From NCBI GenBank assembly GCA_051313645.2, contig JBNRSN020000015.1, forward strand, positions 35,712,001 through 35,776,000: a stretch of 64,000 nt of DNA. Reading direction: 5' to 3'. Position numbers and translations under genes: made by a program. The notes beneath the pieces were generated by a model. The model was not told where the DNA came from, searched no databases, and worked only from the letters and a program-made list of their open reading frames with translations. This stretch comes from Centroscyllium fabricii (taxonomy: Eukaryota). Of the stretch, positions 12,060-25,600 are shown piece by piece (the stretch's first letter is position 1; each line of letters opens with the position of its first letter).

Positions 12060-14935
12060 CACAGAGCATCACATACAACAGGTGTTGGATAAAGAGGAAG
12101 CTTCTCCCCTACATTGCATAAAAAACTCCGTCAAATACACTACATCGTAAATCTGCCTCAATGCTGTCCCATCAAGCATCCCTGTGTCACTTACATGGTG
12201 GGTTAGATGCAGAGTAAAGCCCCTACACTATACCGATGAAGCTCTTCCAGGTCATTGATAGCATGTGTTTCAAGCAGTATGAAGTTGCCTCATCAAGCCT
12301 ACCTAGATCAAAGCTCTTTCTAGACAGACCGTCAAGCACTTCCACATCAGGTACAAAACAGGTTTAATATCGAGTAATTCTCTCTCTCTACACTCCCCCA
12401 TAAAACTATTCAAGGTAAGGTATGGTTTCAATTCAGATTAAAGGTCCCTCTAGACTGGCCTATCCAGCACTCTCAGGTCAGTTGCAGCAATGTTTTCATG
12501 CAGGCAGAGCAAGGCTTCCTCTATTCCATCCCATTAAGCTCGCCGATCAGTTTTAGCATGAATTAAATGTCCATCATAAATTAACTGTCAATCAAGCATT
12601 CCCAGGGCTCAAACAAGACAGGTAAGATGCAGAATTTAAAAAAAGTTTTACACCTGAAATAGTAACCTTTATATTCTCTTTACAGTGACTGACTGACCTG
12701 GTTTTCTTTTAAATGCAGAATAAAGCACCTATACTTCCCCATGAGCACCCCTGAGTCAAGTACAACACAAATTAGCTGCAGTAGAATGTTTTCTCTACAT
12801 TACTTTGTACATAACTCCCAGGTTACCAACAGAGGGTGGTCGTTACACTATCCCACCAATTATTCCATGTCACATACAGGTTGGAAACAGAGTAAAGTTC
12901 CTTCAGGACTACTTCATCAAACACTCCCAGATCAGGCACATCACAGGTTGCTGCAATGTAAAGCTACCTTCACAGTGCCCATGGTATTCTCAGGCTATGT
13001 TAGCTGTGGCTCAGTGGGTGGCACATTTGCCTTTGAAACAGAAGGTTGTGGGTTGTGGGTTCAAGCCACACTCCAGAGACTTGAGCACAAAAATCTAGGC
13101 TGTCACTCCCGTGCAGTGCTGAGGGAGTGCTGCACTGTTGGAGGTGCTGTTTTTCGAATGAGACGTTAAACCGAGGCCCTATCTGCTCTCTCAGGTAGAC
13201 ATAAAAGATCCCATTGCACTGCTTCGAAGAGCAGGGCAGTGTTCCCCGGTGTCCTGGCTAATATTTATCCCTCAATCAACATCACAAAAACTGATTATCT
13301 GGTCATTATCACATTGCTGTTTGTGGGAGCTTGTTGTGCGCAATTGGCTGCCACGTTTCCTACATCACAACAGTGACTCCACTTCAAAAGTACTTAATTG
13401 GCTGTAAATCACTTTGGGACATCCTGAGGTCATGCAAGGTGCTATATAAATGCAAGTCTTTTTCAACAACAGTACAGGTTTGATGCAAAGTAAGGTACCT
13501 TGTGCACTCTCTTATCAAGCAGTTCCAGGTAGGTATAGCATGGGTTCATGATGTGGAGGAAAGAAGCCTCTGCATTGATCTACCCCGTCAAGCACTCTCA
13601 TCAGCAAAATCACAGATAACATGCAAAATAAAGCTTGATCCACACTGTTTCACCGAGAAGTCTCAGACCAGGTTAGAGAGAGAAAAATTGCTTTCACAAT
13701 GCCCCATCAAGCACTCCCAGACTATGTACATACAGAATATGTTACATGCAATGTAAAACCTTCTCCACACTATTTCATCAAACACCCAGGTAAAGTGTAT
13801 CCCATCAAGCTCAGCTATAACACAGTTTAGATGCAGAGTAAAGTTCATTCTATACAGTCCATCAAGCAGTTCCAACTCAGGCAGACAGGCTAGATACAAA
13901 GTAAAACTCCTTCTAAACAGCCCCACAAATCACTTTCAGCTAAGATAAAGCACAGACTATAGGCAGAATAAAGCTCCTTCTATGCTGCCCTATCAAACAC
14001 TACCCGGTCAGGTACAACATGGGTTAGATATTAAGGAAAGCGTCTTCCACAATGCCACGTCAAACACATCGAGCTGAGTTATGACACAGGTTACATGCAC
14101 AACAGTGCCTCCTCCACACATTCCCACCCAGACAACCTGAGGTGAGGTACAGCACAGTTTGGATGCAGAGTAAAGCTCTCCCCACAGTGGCCATAAAAGA
14201 TTCCTAGGTATATACACCTGAGTTATGTGCAGCTCCTTCTAAAGTGATCATCGAACGTCCCAGTACAAATTAGGTACCGAGTAAAGTTTCTTCAGCACTG
14301 ACTATGAAGCACACCCAGGTCAGATACACCAAAGATTAGATGCTGAGACAAAAGCCACTTTAGACTGTTCCATTAAATACACTCTAATCAGGTACAGCAT
14401 GGGTTAATTGGAAAGTAAAGCTCCCTCTATGCTGTACTAACAAGCACTTCAAAGCCAGGAATAGAGTAGGTTAGATGCTGAGAACAGCTACCTCTGTACT
14501 ATCCCAAGACGCACTCCCAGCACACTAGGGATTAGATGGCGGCTGAAGCTCCTTCAACACTACCCTATCAAGGACTCCCAGGCCAGGTACAACAGAGATT
14601 AGATGCAGATTTAAAAAATCCATCTACACTGTCGTGCCAAGTGCCTCCAGTTAAGATACAGCAATTAAGGGCAGTTATGCTCCATTTATACTGCTCCATG
14701 AAGCACTCCCAGCTGAGGTACAGTACAGGTTAGGTAAAAAGATCCATTGCCAATGCCCCATAAACACTCTCAGACAAGGTGCAGCTTAAGGTAGGTGCAG
14801 AGCAAAGCAACCTCTACTCTGCTCCAGTAAATGCTCCCAGAACAAGTAGAGCAGGGATTCGACACAGTTAACCACCTCCATACTGGCCCATCAAGCACTC
14901 CCACTTCAAGTAATGCATAGGTTCAATGCAGAGTT
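12060..14935 (+). repeat. Decayed ~65-bp tandem repeat (GGTTAGATGCAGAGTAAAGCTCCCTCTACACTGTCCCATCAAGCACTCCCAG...), split by a SINE
   Basis: Recurring ttagatgcagagtaaagct and ccatcaagcactccc motifs. Isolated copies near 56545-56650 and 63535-63600. Confidence 0.85.
12995..13463 (+). mobile_element. Deu-domain SINE (SacSINE1/AmnSINE1-like), near full length
   Basis: tRNA-like head gctgtggctcagtgg...gggttcaag, core gatgagacgttaaaccgaggcc...taaaagatccc, tail tatataaatgcaagtctttt. Confidence 0.88.
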
Positions 14936-15150
14936 AAGTAATGACTATAAAGCTCCGTGGACTACTTGCAGAAAAGATGGAGCAGATATGAGATACAATG
15001 TGCCTCAGGCCCAACCCCTTCTTCACAAATGTGACATTTTTCCACTTCTTACACCAGGCATCCTGTAGCCTGAGTGAGATTGGGATAGCCAACTAATGAT
15101 AACCTCGGGACACTTTTGTGATGTGGTCCCATCTCCACTCAGAACTGTGT

Positions 15151-15810
15151 TTAGACTGTAGGAACCTTGGTGTGTGCTCTCTCTGAGTGGGAGTGTCTGG
15201 CCTTCTCCTCCCTCTGAGCACTGACATTTGCTTGCACACCCACTTCCCCTGTGTTGGGGAGTGTCTGACCTCCGTACATATGTGCTGTTCCTACCTCCCT
15301 GCCCCTCCCCTCCTCTCTCACACACACACTGGCCTCGGCTCTCTCGCTGAGAGTAGCCAGCCATGCATTTGTTCTCTCATTCTGTGGAAGCCTCTTTCTT
15401 TCTTTCATCGCAGAAGAGTGAGGCTGGCCTTTGCTCTTTTTCTCGGTTATGGAGCAGCTGACTTCTGTTAGCTCTTGCTCACGCTGCGAGGGAGTGGCTG
15501 CCCTTTGCTCTCTGAGGGAGTGGCTGCCCTTTGTGCTCGCTCTGTGGAGAGGCTGGCTTCTCTCTCTCTGTGGGGAAAACCTGAACTCTGAGCACATGAT
15601 TTCTCCCTCTACATAGGAGAAATTGGCTTCTTTTCTCTCTCTCTCTCTGAGGGAGTTGGTGCCCTGTGTGCTGAGTACGCTGATGGCAGCTTCAGTGACA
15701 ATAAAGATGCTACAATTGGCTTCAGTGCCCTGGATTTTCAGAGAGGGACCTGAGGGTTGGGCGGGAAATCTCCCTGGTTTCTGCTCCTGGTTATTATCCA
15801 GCGATCTGTC
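15151..15810 (-). other. Candidate alternative exon of the host gene: terminal (219 codons plus stop) or 516-bp cassette (15295-15810)
   Basis: Strong acceptor tcactctccgtttccttctaccctcatcag|GAC in phase 0, matching the donor at 16223. Open frame to the stop at 15151. In-frame GAG|gtagga donor at 15295. Confidence 0.4.
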
Positions 15811-15839
15811 CTGATGAGGGTAGAAGGAAACGGAGAGTG

Positions 15840-16125
15840 AGCAGCGCAGAAGGTGGCCATTCAGCCCATCATACCTGTGCCGGCTCTTTGAAAGAGCCGT
15901 CGAATTGGTTCCGCTCTCCTGCTCTTCCCTCACTGCACTGCCAATGGTTCCTGTATAAATATAATCCAATTCCCTTTTGAAAGTTATTGTTGAATTTACG
16001 TCCGTCCACCTACCCTGTCAGGCAATGCATTCCAGATCATAACGCACTGTATAAAAAAATAATTCTCCTCAACTGATTCTTTTGCCAATATTTTAAATCT
16101 GTGCCCTCTGGTTACCGACCCACCT
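15840..16125 (-). mobile_element. CR1 3' end fragment
   Basis: RGHRFKI...IWNALP followed by the typical ctctttgaaagagcc...ggccattcagccc 3' UTR. Confidence 0.8.
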
Positions 16126-16222
16126 GCTAGGCCACAACAATACCAGGTAGGGAACTGACTAAGAACAAGATAGACTGAAGCCTCCCTCTCAAGTGATGGC
16201 CCCAAACATTCCTCTCGCGTAC

Positions 16223-16435
16223 CTTCTCCTTGGATTCAGCCAGAGCCAGCTTGGGACTAGATGCTGACCGGACGATGCCTGTCTCTTTTCCTTTCTGCTC
16301 CTCCAGTGGGGGCTGCAAGTTGTTGAGGGCTCCGTAGCTGCCCGTTTTGCGGAGGTGGGTGCGCCACGCTGCCGGGGACTGCTGCTCCTTCTTCTCCCCA
16401 TCCTGGGCAGCCATTTTGGCGGCAGGGCCTGTAAA
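16223..16435 (-). CDS. PPP1R12C: Exon (FTGPAAK...SPAAWRTHLRKTGSYGAL...RSASSPKLALAESKEK), 213 bp
   Basis: cccag| acceptor, AAG|gtacgc donor, phase 0-0. Carries the MYPT motifs WRxxLRKTGSYGAL and RSASSP. Confidence 0.93.
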
Positions 16436-17024
16436 CTGGGTGCGCAAAGTAGACAGTTTATGAAGTGATGGGAGCGGTCAGCCATAACTCAACCACCTCA
16501 AGCCGGAGGAATGACCAATGGAGCAGAAAACAACCCGCTGAAGCATAGCTGGAAAATAAAATAAGCCAGCAGACGTAGGAGGCTTACCTCCCATTGACAT
16601 CAGTGGTGGAGAAGGGACTGAGGGGTAGCGGGGGGAGGCTCATTTCCCATTGGAAGTAGGCTTTCCTCCCTTAGTCTCCCATTCTGTTTCTCGCCACTCT
16701 CCCGTAAGGGAACTACCTCACAGGTAATGGAAGCAAAATGCAGCCTGGTCAACCAGAAGCGTAGCCAAACAAAAAGAAAAGCTGGCAGAGGTAGGACGAG
16801 CTTACCTCCCGCTTGACATCAGAGGCGGGAGTGGTCTAACAGCCTCCTGCACTGTCCTCTGCCGTCCTTCCAGTACAGCAGAAATCAGACAAAAGAGCTC
16901 TTTGATGCATGTGGTAACCTCAAGAACTCAACCTCATAAAGGAGAGAAGCACCTCCAGCAAGCTGCAGCCACCCCTCAAACAAAAATACATTCTGAACCA
17001 TAAAAAAAACGCACTAAATACAGC

Positions 17025-17164
17025 GGGGACGATTTCCTCTGGTCAATATGTGTTGGCAACATCGTAAACGTGGCAAAAACATCTAATGACTAATAGTTCC
17101 AGTGAAGCTCTTTTTAAAGACCTTCAAGATTTTCTTCCCAATGGCGGCCAGAGGAAATCTCCCC
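17025..17164. mobile_element. Short MITE-like element
   Basis: GGGGACGATTTCCTCTGGTC / GGCCAGAGGAAATCTCCCC inverted ends. Confidence 0.6.
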
Positions 17165-17669
17165 TCCCAATAATTAGCATTTGTTTTTCAGAGTCCTCCT
17201 GTGCCTAAACTGTTCTGGATACAGTTACTACCGCTGCTTCGAATAAAGAAGTGGCTGAGTCCCAGGGATGGTCAGAGTGCAAATCCGTGAAAATGTTTGA
17301 GTGTAAAAATTATTTGAGTGGCAAGCATGGGTCCGAGAGTAAATTCACAGCAATCAGGGGACTGAGAGGGAACACGCACCAATCAGAGACCAAGAGGGAA
17401 ATCGCAGCAATCAGGGGACTGAGGGAATAAACACTAATCAGGAACCCAGAAGGAACACGCACCAATTAGGGGACTAAAAGCAACGAAGGGACTAAAAGTT
17501 GAGCATTTTAACTGCAGCCAGTCAGATACAGTAGCGAGCACAGCCATCCTTACGCTCACATAGATCCGAAATGTTTTCCTGAGAGCTGCAGTTTCTCATG
17601 GTTGTGTGCAGGTTCCCTGCTGGTCTTTGATGTGCCTGCGCAACTTTCATTGCCCCTGGATTGTTTCTA

Positions 17670-18535
17670 CAGGTGGACTATTAGTCATGTGCCTCAGGGA
17701 TCAGTGTTCGGGTCATTGTTGCTCACAATGTTCCAAAAGGATATGAAACTTGGAACAGAATCAAAGCTGTGTAAGTTTGCTGATAATACCAAATCTGTGG
17801 AAGAGTAGCTACAAATAACTGAATGTAAGACCAGAGATATGGACAGTCTGTGAAGTTGGGCCAAATAGTGGCAGATGTCTAAAGTGCAAAAGAAGAATAA
17901 ACAGTGGGAGTACATGATGCATAGTATTAGACTGCAGGGCACAAGAGAGGAGAGATCGCGGCTGGGTGAGGGGGTGATTCTTGTGAGTAGCTTGTTGAAA
18001 CTATCAATGCATAACAACAGTAAAGAGAACAGTTCTCAGGAATTAATAATGAACTTGTACAAAGCTCTAGCCTGGCCCCACCTGGAGTGCCAAGTACAAT
18101 TCTGGCTGTCACATCACAGCAGGGATATCTTAGATAATGGCAATTGATACTTTAGATTAGGCACCCGGGCATGGAGAGACGACAGAAGCTGGGAATATCT
18201 ACACTGGAGAAATAAGTGGCTTGAAATGGCTCACAAGAGATTCTAAGGAGTATTGACGATTGAAGCCTGAAAATATCTTTGGCAATTACTATCTCTACTA
18301 TAAAGGGACAGAAGCTAATTCTTGGAATAGGGAAGAACAGTTTAGATTTAACTACTTTAGAGAGGGTGGTGAATATATGTACCAGATAGACAGTGGAGGT
18401 GGATAGTGAGGGCAGATTCAAGATGGAGTGGCACAGATACTTAGCAGAGAAAGAAAGCTAGAGGCAAGAGAGATAGAATTGTATGTGGTACTTTCTGAAC
18501 CTTGGGATCACCCAGATGGACTGCAAGAGCCTCTT
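17670..18535 (+). mobile_element. Old degraded CR1 LINE fragment
   Basis: VPQGSVFG, KFADNTK and LYKALAWPHLECQVQFW remnants. Confidence 0.8.
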
Positions 18536-21500
18536 ATTGTCCTGTACATTTCCATGTTCCAATGTAACACATCAGTCCCCAGTATCCTCGCAATACACCG
18601 CAATCTATTTAAAAAAGGCAACCAGTGTGGCATTAACCTCTTTTTCACCCTTAGTATGCAATAAATGAGCAACATTTGCTTTCAATGAGGTCACATTCCC
18701 TCTCTCTGCAACAATCCAGTCCTATCCACATGAAGGAAGGTAGGTGAGATGAAAGGGGGAGAACACTCAATGCCCATTGCATGTTTACCCGCCCCTCATG
18801 CAGCCCGTGAGAGTCATAGTGAGGCTGTGCATTGTAGAGCAATTTCCTGATTGCCCAAATTCAGGAATGTTTGGGATGCGGATAAAAAGACAGGGTATCG
18901 ATGAGAATGTACAATGTTAACAGATTAGCTTGTAGATTTCTAGAGTTTCTTTTACTCTCATTGGGAAATGAGAAGTCAGATTGGCTCCGATTTGCAGGAG
19001 GCGGTTTGTCTGAAATTTAGGAGGTTAAAAGAAGAGGAAGACCAAGAGAAATGCAAGACAAACCACGTGCGCATGCAGCACACCAAAAGCTCCACCGAGA
19101 CGAGAAACCTCAACATGCAAGAAGCTCACCGCTGCTCTTTGACCTCTCTGGGGGACCAGGACAATGCCGGTTGTGCGCAGGCCCTGTCGCCAAGACGTTG
19201 GGTCACTTGGCTGACAAAAAGGTAGGAAAGGAGTAATGAAGTCAAACTGTAGCCAGAGGAAGAGCCAGAGGAGAAAAAGAGAAAGGCAAGTGAGGTATGG
19301 GTGAGAGTGACAGAAAGAAAGGGAGGCAAGACAGGGCACAAAGGAAGGACAAATAGATCGGAACACATCCTCATTCTGCAGATAACATTACGGCCTTGAT
19401 ATAAATGAACGTCTTGATCAATTAAATGCCAAAAAGAACAACGAGTCAGGCAAGCCATTCAATGAATTAAACCTTCCGTATCACAATATCATTCATCAGT
19501 CAATACCAAAATAAATCAGGGAGCAGTTAATAGTGGAACAACATCTGGCAGAGTTTTGACTCTTAGGAAAGCTGATTCTTGATTTTATTTTTTAAATTAA
19601 AAATAATTTCAACATATGAGCATGCTCACATTTCCACTTGGGCCACCATTACTGTACATTGGCAGACAGGGAGAAGTGTGATTGAGTGAGTCCTTCAACT
19701 CACCAAGCATCGATTCCTGTTGTCCAGACTGCACAGGGCAGCAGCAGAATAGACTGGATCACCTGAAGACTGCATCTACCACCATGGAGGACCTGGTGTC
19801 TTACAATAGGATTGTGTACTTTTTAAGATTGTGTCAGCCCCCCTAAAAAATCCTTAAACATTTCTTCCCAGAAAAGGGTAAGCATAAAGACCAAACAATA
19901 ATTAAAATACAGCTGCGAGTCCAAGACAGACCACGGATGGAATCTTGTACCTTGTGTGGCTCATATACCATGCATTCCTCCACCGAGTCATCAGGGAAGC
20001 ACAGCTAATTAAAAAAAAAAAAGATTATATTGAAAATGTTGACAGACATGTCCCATTGCAATGCCTCCGATAAGAGATGGTGCATCACAGTGAGGCTTCC
20101 TGACTAGGACACCCATGTGCACAGAATCCTAGGCTCTGGGAAACCAGCACTAATCCCACTAAATTCAGATGGATTCCAAAATCTGAGTAACTGAGCCATA
20201 TTAAAATATTACTCGGAAGCCCCTAATCTCACCGGGAAAGAAGCAAATTCATGGGGGGGGGGGGGCGGTGTTGAGGACGGGCTTCACATTATTTACCAAT
20301 TTAAAAACCACCAACACTGCCCTGCTGCCGTGGTGGGTTAATATTAACCTCCGGGTGTCCATGCAAGAATCATTTCTCAATACAAAAAGGAAGCAAACCA
20401 TCAAGCAAGAAACAACACAGCAATCTTCACAACAACATGGCAATTTTCACAGGAAACATAGCAATTTTCACAAGAAAAACAGTAATATTCACAAGAAACA
20501 ACACGACAATCGTCACAAGAAACAACACGGCAATCTTCAAAAAAACACAGCAATCTTCACAAGAAACATGGCAATCTTCACAAGAAACAACACAGCAAAC
20601 TTCACAAGAAACAACACTGCAGTCTTCATGAGAAAAAATGCAGCAATCTTCAAAATAAACAACATGGTAAACTTCACAAGAAACAACACGGCAATCTTCA
20701 CAAAAACAACACGGCAATCTTCACAATAAACACAGCAATCTTCACAAGAAACACAGCATACTTCGCAAGGAACAGCACAGCAAACTTAACAAGAAACAAG
20801 GCAATCATCACAAGAAACACTGCAATCCTCAAAAGAAACACAGCAATCTTCACAAGAAATACAGCAATCTTCCCAAGAACCACAACAAACTTCACAAGAA
20901 ACACCACAGCAATCTTCGCAATAAACAAAACAATCTGCACAAGAAAGAGAGCACATTTCAAAAGAAACACAGCAATCCTCAAGAAACAACACAGCAATCT
21001 TCACAAGAAACACAGCAATCTTCACAAGAAACAACACAGCAATCTTCACAAGAAACAACACAGCAATCTTCACAAGAAACAACACAGCAATCGTCACAAG
21101 AAACAACACGGCAATCTTCACAAGAAAAAACACAGCAATCTTCAAAATAAACAACATGGCAAACTTCACAAGAAACAACACGGCAATCTTCACAAAAACA
21201 ACACAGCAATCTTCACAAGAAACACAGCAATCTTAACAAGACACAACACCACAGTCTTCACAAGAAACAATGCTGCAATCTTCACAAGAAACACAGCAAG
21301 ATTAACAAGAAACAAAATGGCAATCCTCACAAGAAACACAGCAATCTTCACAAGAAACACAGCAATCTTCACAAGACAAAACACAGCAATCCTCGCAAGC
21401 AACACAGCAAGTTTGAAAGGAAACAAAACGGCAACCTTCACAAGAAACAAGGCAATCTTTACAAGAAACAACACAGCAATCTTCACAAGAAGCACAGCAA

Positions 21501-22699
21501 ACGTCAAAAGAAACACAGCAAGCATCAAAAGAAACACAGCAATCCTCACAAGAAACAAGACAGCAATCTTCACAAAAAGCACAGCAAATTTCAAAAGAAT
21601 CAACACCGCAATCGTCACAAGAAACAACACAGCAAATGTCATGAGTAGCAACACAGCAACCTTCACGAGCAACACGGCAATGTTCACGAGAAACAACACG
21701 GCAATCTTTACAAGAAACAATGCAGAAATCTTCACACGAAACACAGCAAACTTCACAAGAAACAACACGGCAATCTTCACAAGAAACAACACTGCAATCT
21801 TCACAAGACAACATGGCAATCTTCACAAGAAACAACACAGCAATCTTCACAAGAAATAACACAGCAAACTTCACGAGAAACAACACAGCAATCTTCACAA
21901 GAAAAAACGCAGCAATCTTCAAAATAAACAACATGGCAATCTTCACAAGAAATAACACAGCAATCTTCACAAAAACACAGCAATCTTCACATGAAACATC
22001 ACAGCAATCCTCACAAGAAACAACACGGCAATCTTCACAAGAAACATCACAGCAAACTTCACGAGAAACACAGCAATCTTCACAAGAAAAAACGCAGCAA
22101 TCTTCAAAATAAACAACATGGCAAACTTCACAAGAAACACGGCAATCTTCACATGAAACACGGCAATCTTCACAAGAAACACAGCAATCTTCACAAGACA
22201 AAACACAGCAATCTTCACAAGAAACAACACAGCAATCTTCACAAGAAACAATGCAGCAATCTTCACAAGAAACATGGCAATCTTCACAAGAAATAAAGCG
22301 GCAATCTTCACAAGAAATAAAGCGGCAATCTTCACAAGAAACACGGCAATCTTCACAAGAAACATTGCAGCAATCTTCGAAAGAGCAATGTGGCAATGTT
22401 CGCAAGAGCAAAGTGGCAATCCTCACAATAAACAATGCGGCAATCTTCACAAGAAACAAAGTGGCAATCTTCACTAGAGCAATACGGCAATCTTCACAAG
22501 AAAAAACACGGCAATCTTCGCAAGAGTAATGTAGCAACCTTCACAATAAACAATGCGACAATTGTCACAAGAGCAATGCGGCAATCTTCACAAGAAACAC
22601 AACGGGAGTCTTCACAAGAAACAATGTGGCAATCTTCACAAGAAACAACATGGCTTCTTCACAAGAAACAACGCGGATTCTTCACAAGAAACATCGGGA

Positions 22700-25600
22700 T
22701 GTGGCAGGACCACTGACAAACTGTACATAATTCACTTTAACGAAGTCCTAACACCAGCCTAAACCTGTACCATGGTGTTAGGCATTACTGTGCTTTGTAT
22801 ATAGTGTTTGTATATACGGGGCATGGCCCCTTTAAGAGTGCAAGAAAACGCGGGCAAACATGATGATGTTACGTCGTCAGCCAGGGGGCTGACCAGGCAG
22901 TCCCTGCTACTGTTTCTGAGAGTAAAGACCTGTTTTAATTGTGCTCCTGTGTGGACCTCGTTTCTTAGTGGAAATTCGTTAATTCCCAAATTGGTGAACC
23001 CATTTTTGTGAATGATTTCACAAACGATTATACAGGATGGCAGCCAATGCTGTTGCATTGAAGCTACCGCAGTTCTGGGAGCAGAAAGTGCCCGCGTGAT
23101 TTATCCAGGTCGAGGCCCAGTTCACCCCGAGAAACATCGATGCGGATCAGACCAAGTTCCTTTACGTGGTCTCCACACTCGACAGCTCCACCGCTTTGCG
23201 GATCATCAGCCGACTCGAAAAACCCCCTGCGAAGCACAAGTATGTCACCCTCAAAGCACGGTTACTGCAGATCTTCGGGCTCACAAAATCGGAGCGCGCC
23301 CGTCGATTACTCTCTCTCTCGGGGACTCCAAGCCCTCAGCGTTGATGAGCCAGATGCTCACACTCCTGGGGTGCGAACCGGAACGCTTCCTCTTTCGGGA
23401 ACGGTTCCTCAGCCAGCTGCCTGAACAGGTACAAGCCACCCTGGCTAGCTCCGAAATCACAGACTGCACAGCCCTCGTTGCTGAGGCTGATAACATTTTT
23501 GCAGTAACTCGATAACACTGCGCCGCCACGAGGCTCCCAGCACCCCCAGACACCGCCCCAGCTCGTCAGACTACTGCGTTGTGTTTCTACCATGCGCAGT
23601 TCGGTGCGAAGGTGAAGCGCTGCCACCCTTCCTGCAGTTTTTCCCCCCAAAAAACGACCAACGGACTCCGCGGCCACCAAGGAACGGGTCTAACAAGCAC
23701 CCCACAGCCGCAATGGCGGTCGGCAACGTGGGAAAATTGCTCTTCATCACCGATACCCTCTCCGGTCGTCGGTATCTGTGCGACACCAGTGCGCAGTGCA
23801 GCATTGTACCCGTGTCCACCCTCGATGTGCAGATGGGGAATCACGGACCCACCCTTGAAGCAGCCAATGGCGGAGCAATCCGGACCTTCGGCAGGCGGCG
23901 AGTGGAGGTGTGTCTCGGGGGGCAACGTTTTCACTGGGTCATTTGTTACTGCCAAAGTTTCCCAGCCCCTCCTCGACACGGACTTTCTGTGCGCCAACAG
24001 CCTCCTGGTCGACGTTCGGAATCGGCGGCTGATCAACGCAGCAACTTTTCATTCCCTCCCGTGGTACCGCAGTAACACTACGTCACGCACCGTCTACTGT
24101 GCGTTCTCGACTCCTGATGAGTTTGCTCGCCTGCTCAGTGAATTCCCCGGCCTAACGAGGCCCACTTTCTCCTACACATCGACCAAACATGGGGTGGAAC
24201 ACCACATTACCACCAACAGCCCCCCCGGTCTATGCGCGGGTCTGGCGTCTTCAAGCTGGCAGTCGCAAAGGCGGAGTTCGCGACCATGGAACGGTTGGGG
24301 ATTATTCGCCGGTCGAATAGCCCCTGGTCTTCACCACTCCACATCGTCCCGGAGCCTGGCGGTGGATGGCGGCCTTGTGGCAACTATCGACATCTTAATG
24401 ATGCCACCACACCTGATTGGTACCCGATCCCCCACATTCAGGATTTCTCTGCCCATTTGGCAGGGAACACCCGTGTTCTCCAAAGTCGACCTCGTCCGGG
24501 GCTACCATCAGGTCCCAGTTCATCCACAGGACGTCCAGAAGACTGCAGTCATCACCCCATTCGACCTCCGAGTTTTTGCGAATGCTGTTCGGGTTAAAGA
24601 ACATCGCCCAAGCCTTCCAACGCCTGATGGACTCTGTACTGCGGGACCGCAAGTTCCTCTTCATCTATCTGGACGACATTCTGATTGCCAGTCCTACTAA
24701 AGCGGAACATATCGGTCACCTACGCACCCTTTTTCCAACGCCTCAGCCAACACAGCCTCATTATCAACCCAGTCATGTGTCAGTTTGGCCTGCACCAAAT
24801 TGATTTCCTGGGGCATCGCATCACCTCAAAGGGAGCTGTGCCTTTACCTGCGAAGGTAGAGGTGGTGACATTCTTTCCACTCCCGCAGAACGTAAAGGCC
24901 CTGCAGAAATTCCTGGGCATGGTAAACTTTTACCACCGTTTCATGCCTAAGGCAGCACTACTCATGCAGCCCCTGTACGAGGCCCTCAAGGGCAAGACTG
25001 GCAAGAACCCGGTAGACTGGACGGATGACATGGCCCAAGCATTCTCCGACCAAACGCGCCTTAGCCAACATGTCGATGCTGGCGCATCTGCAGCCAGGAG
25101 CCACCATTGCCCTCACCACCGACGCGTCGGAGCAGTTCAACAGCAGTGGGTGAACGGTACGTGGCAGCCTTTGGCATTCTTCAGCCGTCAACTGCGGCAG
25201 AACGAGAGAGCATACAGCATGTTCGACCGGGAGTTGCTCGCCCTTTTTCTGGCCATCCGCCATTTCCGTTTCCTCCTCGAAGGGCATCCTTTCACCGCTT
25301 TTGTGGACCACAGGCCATTAACTTTCGCAATGGTCAAGACTGCCGAACCGTGGTCAGCCCGACAACAGCGGCAACGAATCTACATATCTGAATTCAACAC
25401 GGATATACAACACATGGCCGGTAAGGACAACTTGGTGGCAGACTGCCTCTCCCGCGTGGCCGTCAACACGGTCCATTTGGGCATCGACTATGCCCTCATG
25501 GCAGCGGCTCAAAACTTAGACCCGGAAGTCCAAGCATACAGAATGCCCATCACCGACCTCCAGCTGGCTGCCGTCCCATTCCAGTCGGCAGGCACCACAC

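Noticed and set aside
16582-16822. Two GGGAG|GTAAGC donor-like sites with TGACATCA on the minus strand, as extra exons
   Set aside because: No acceptor/frame combination I tried kept the host frame without stops. The duplicated cccattgac-type motif is typical of old MITE remnants. A non-coding first exon cannot be excluded.
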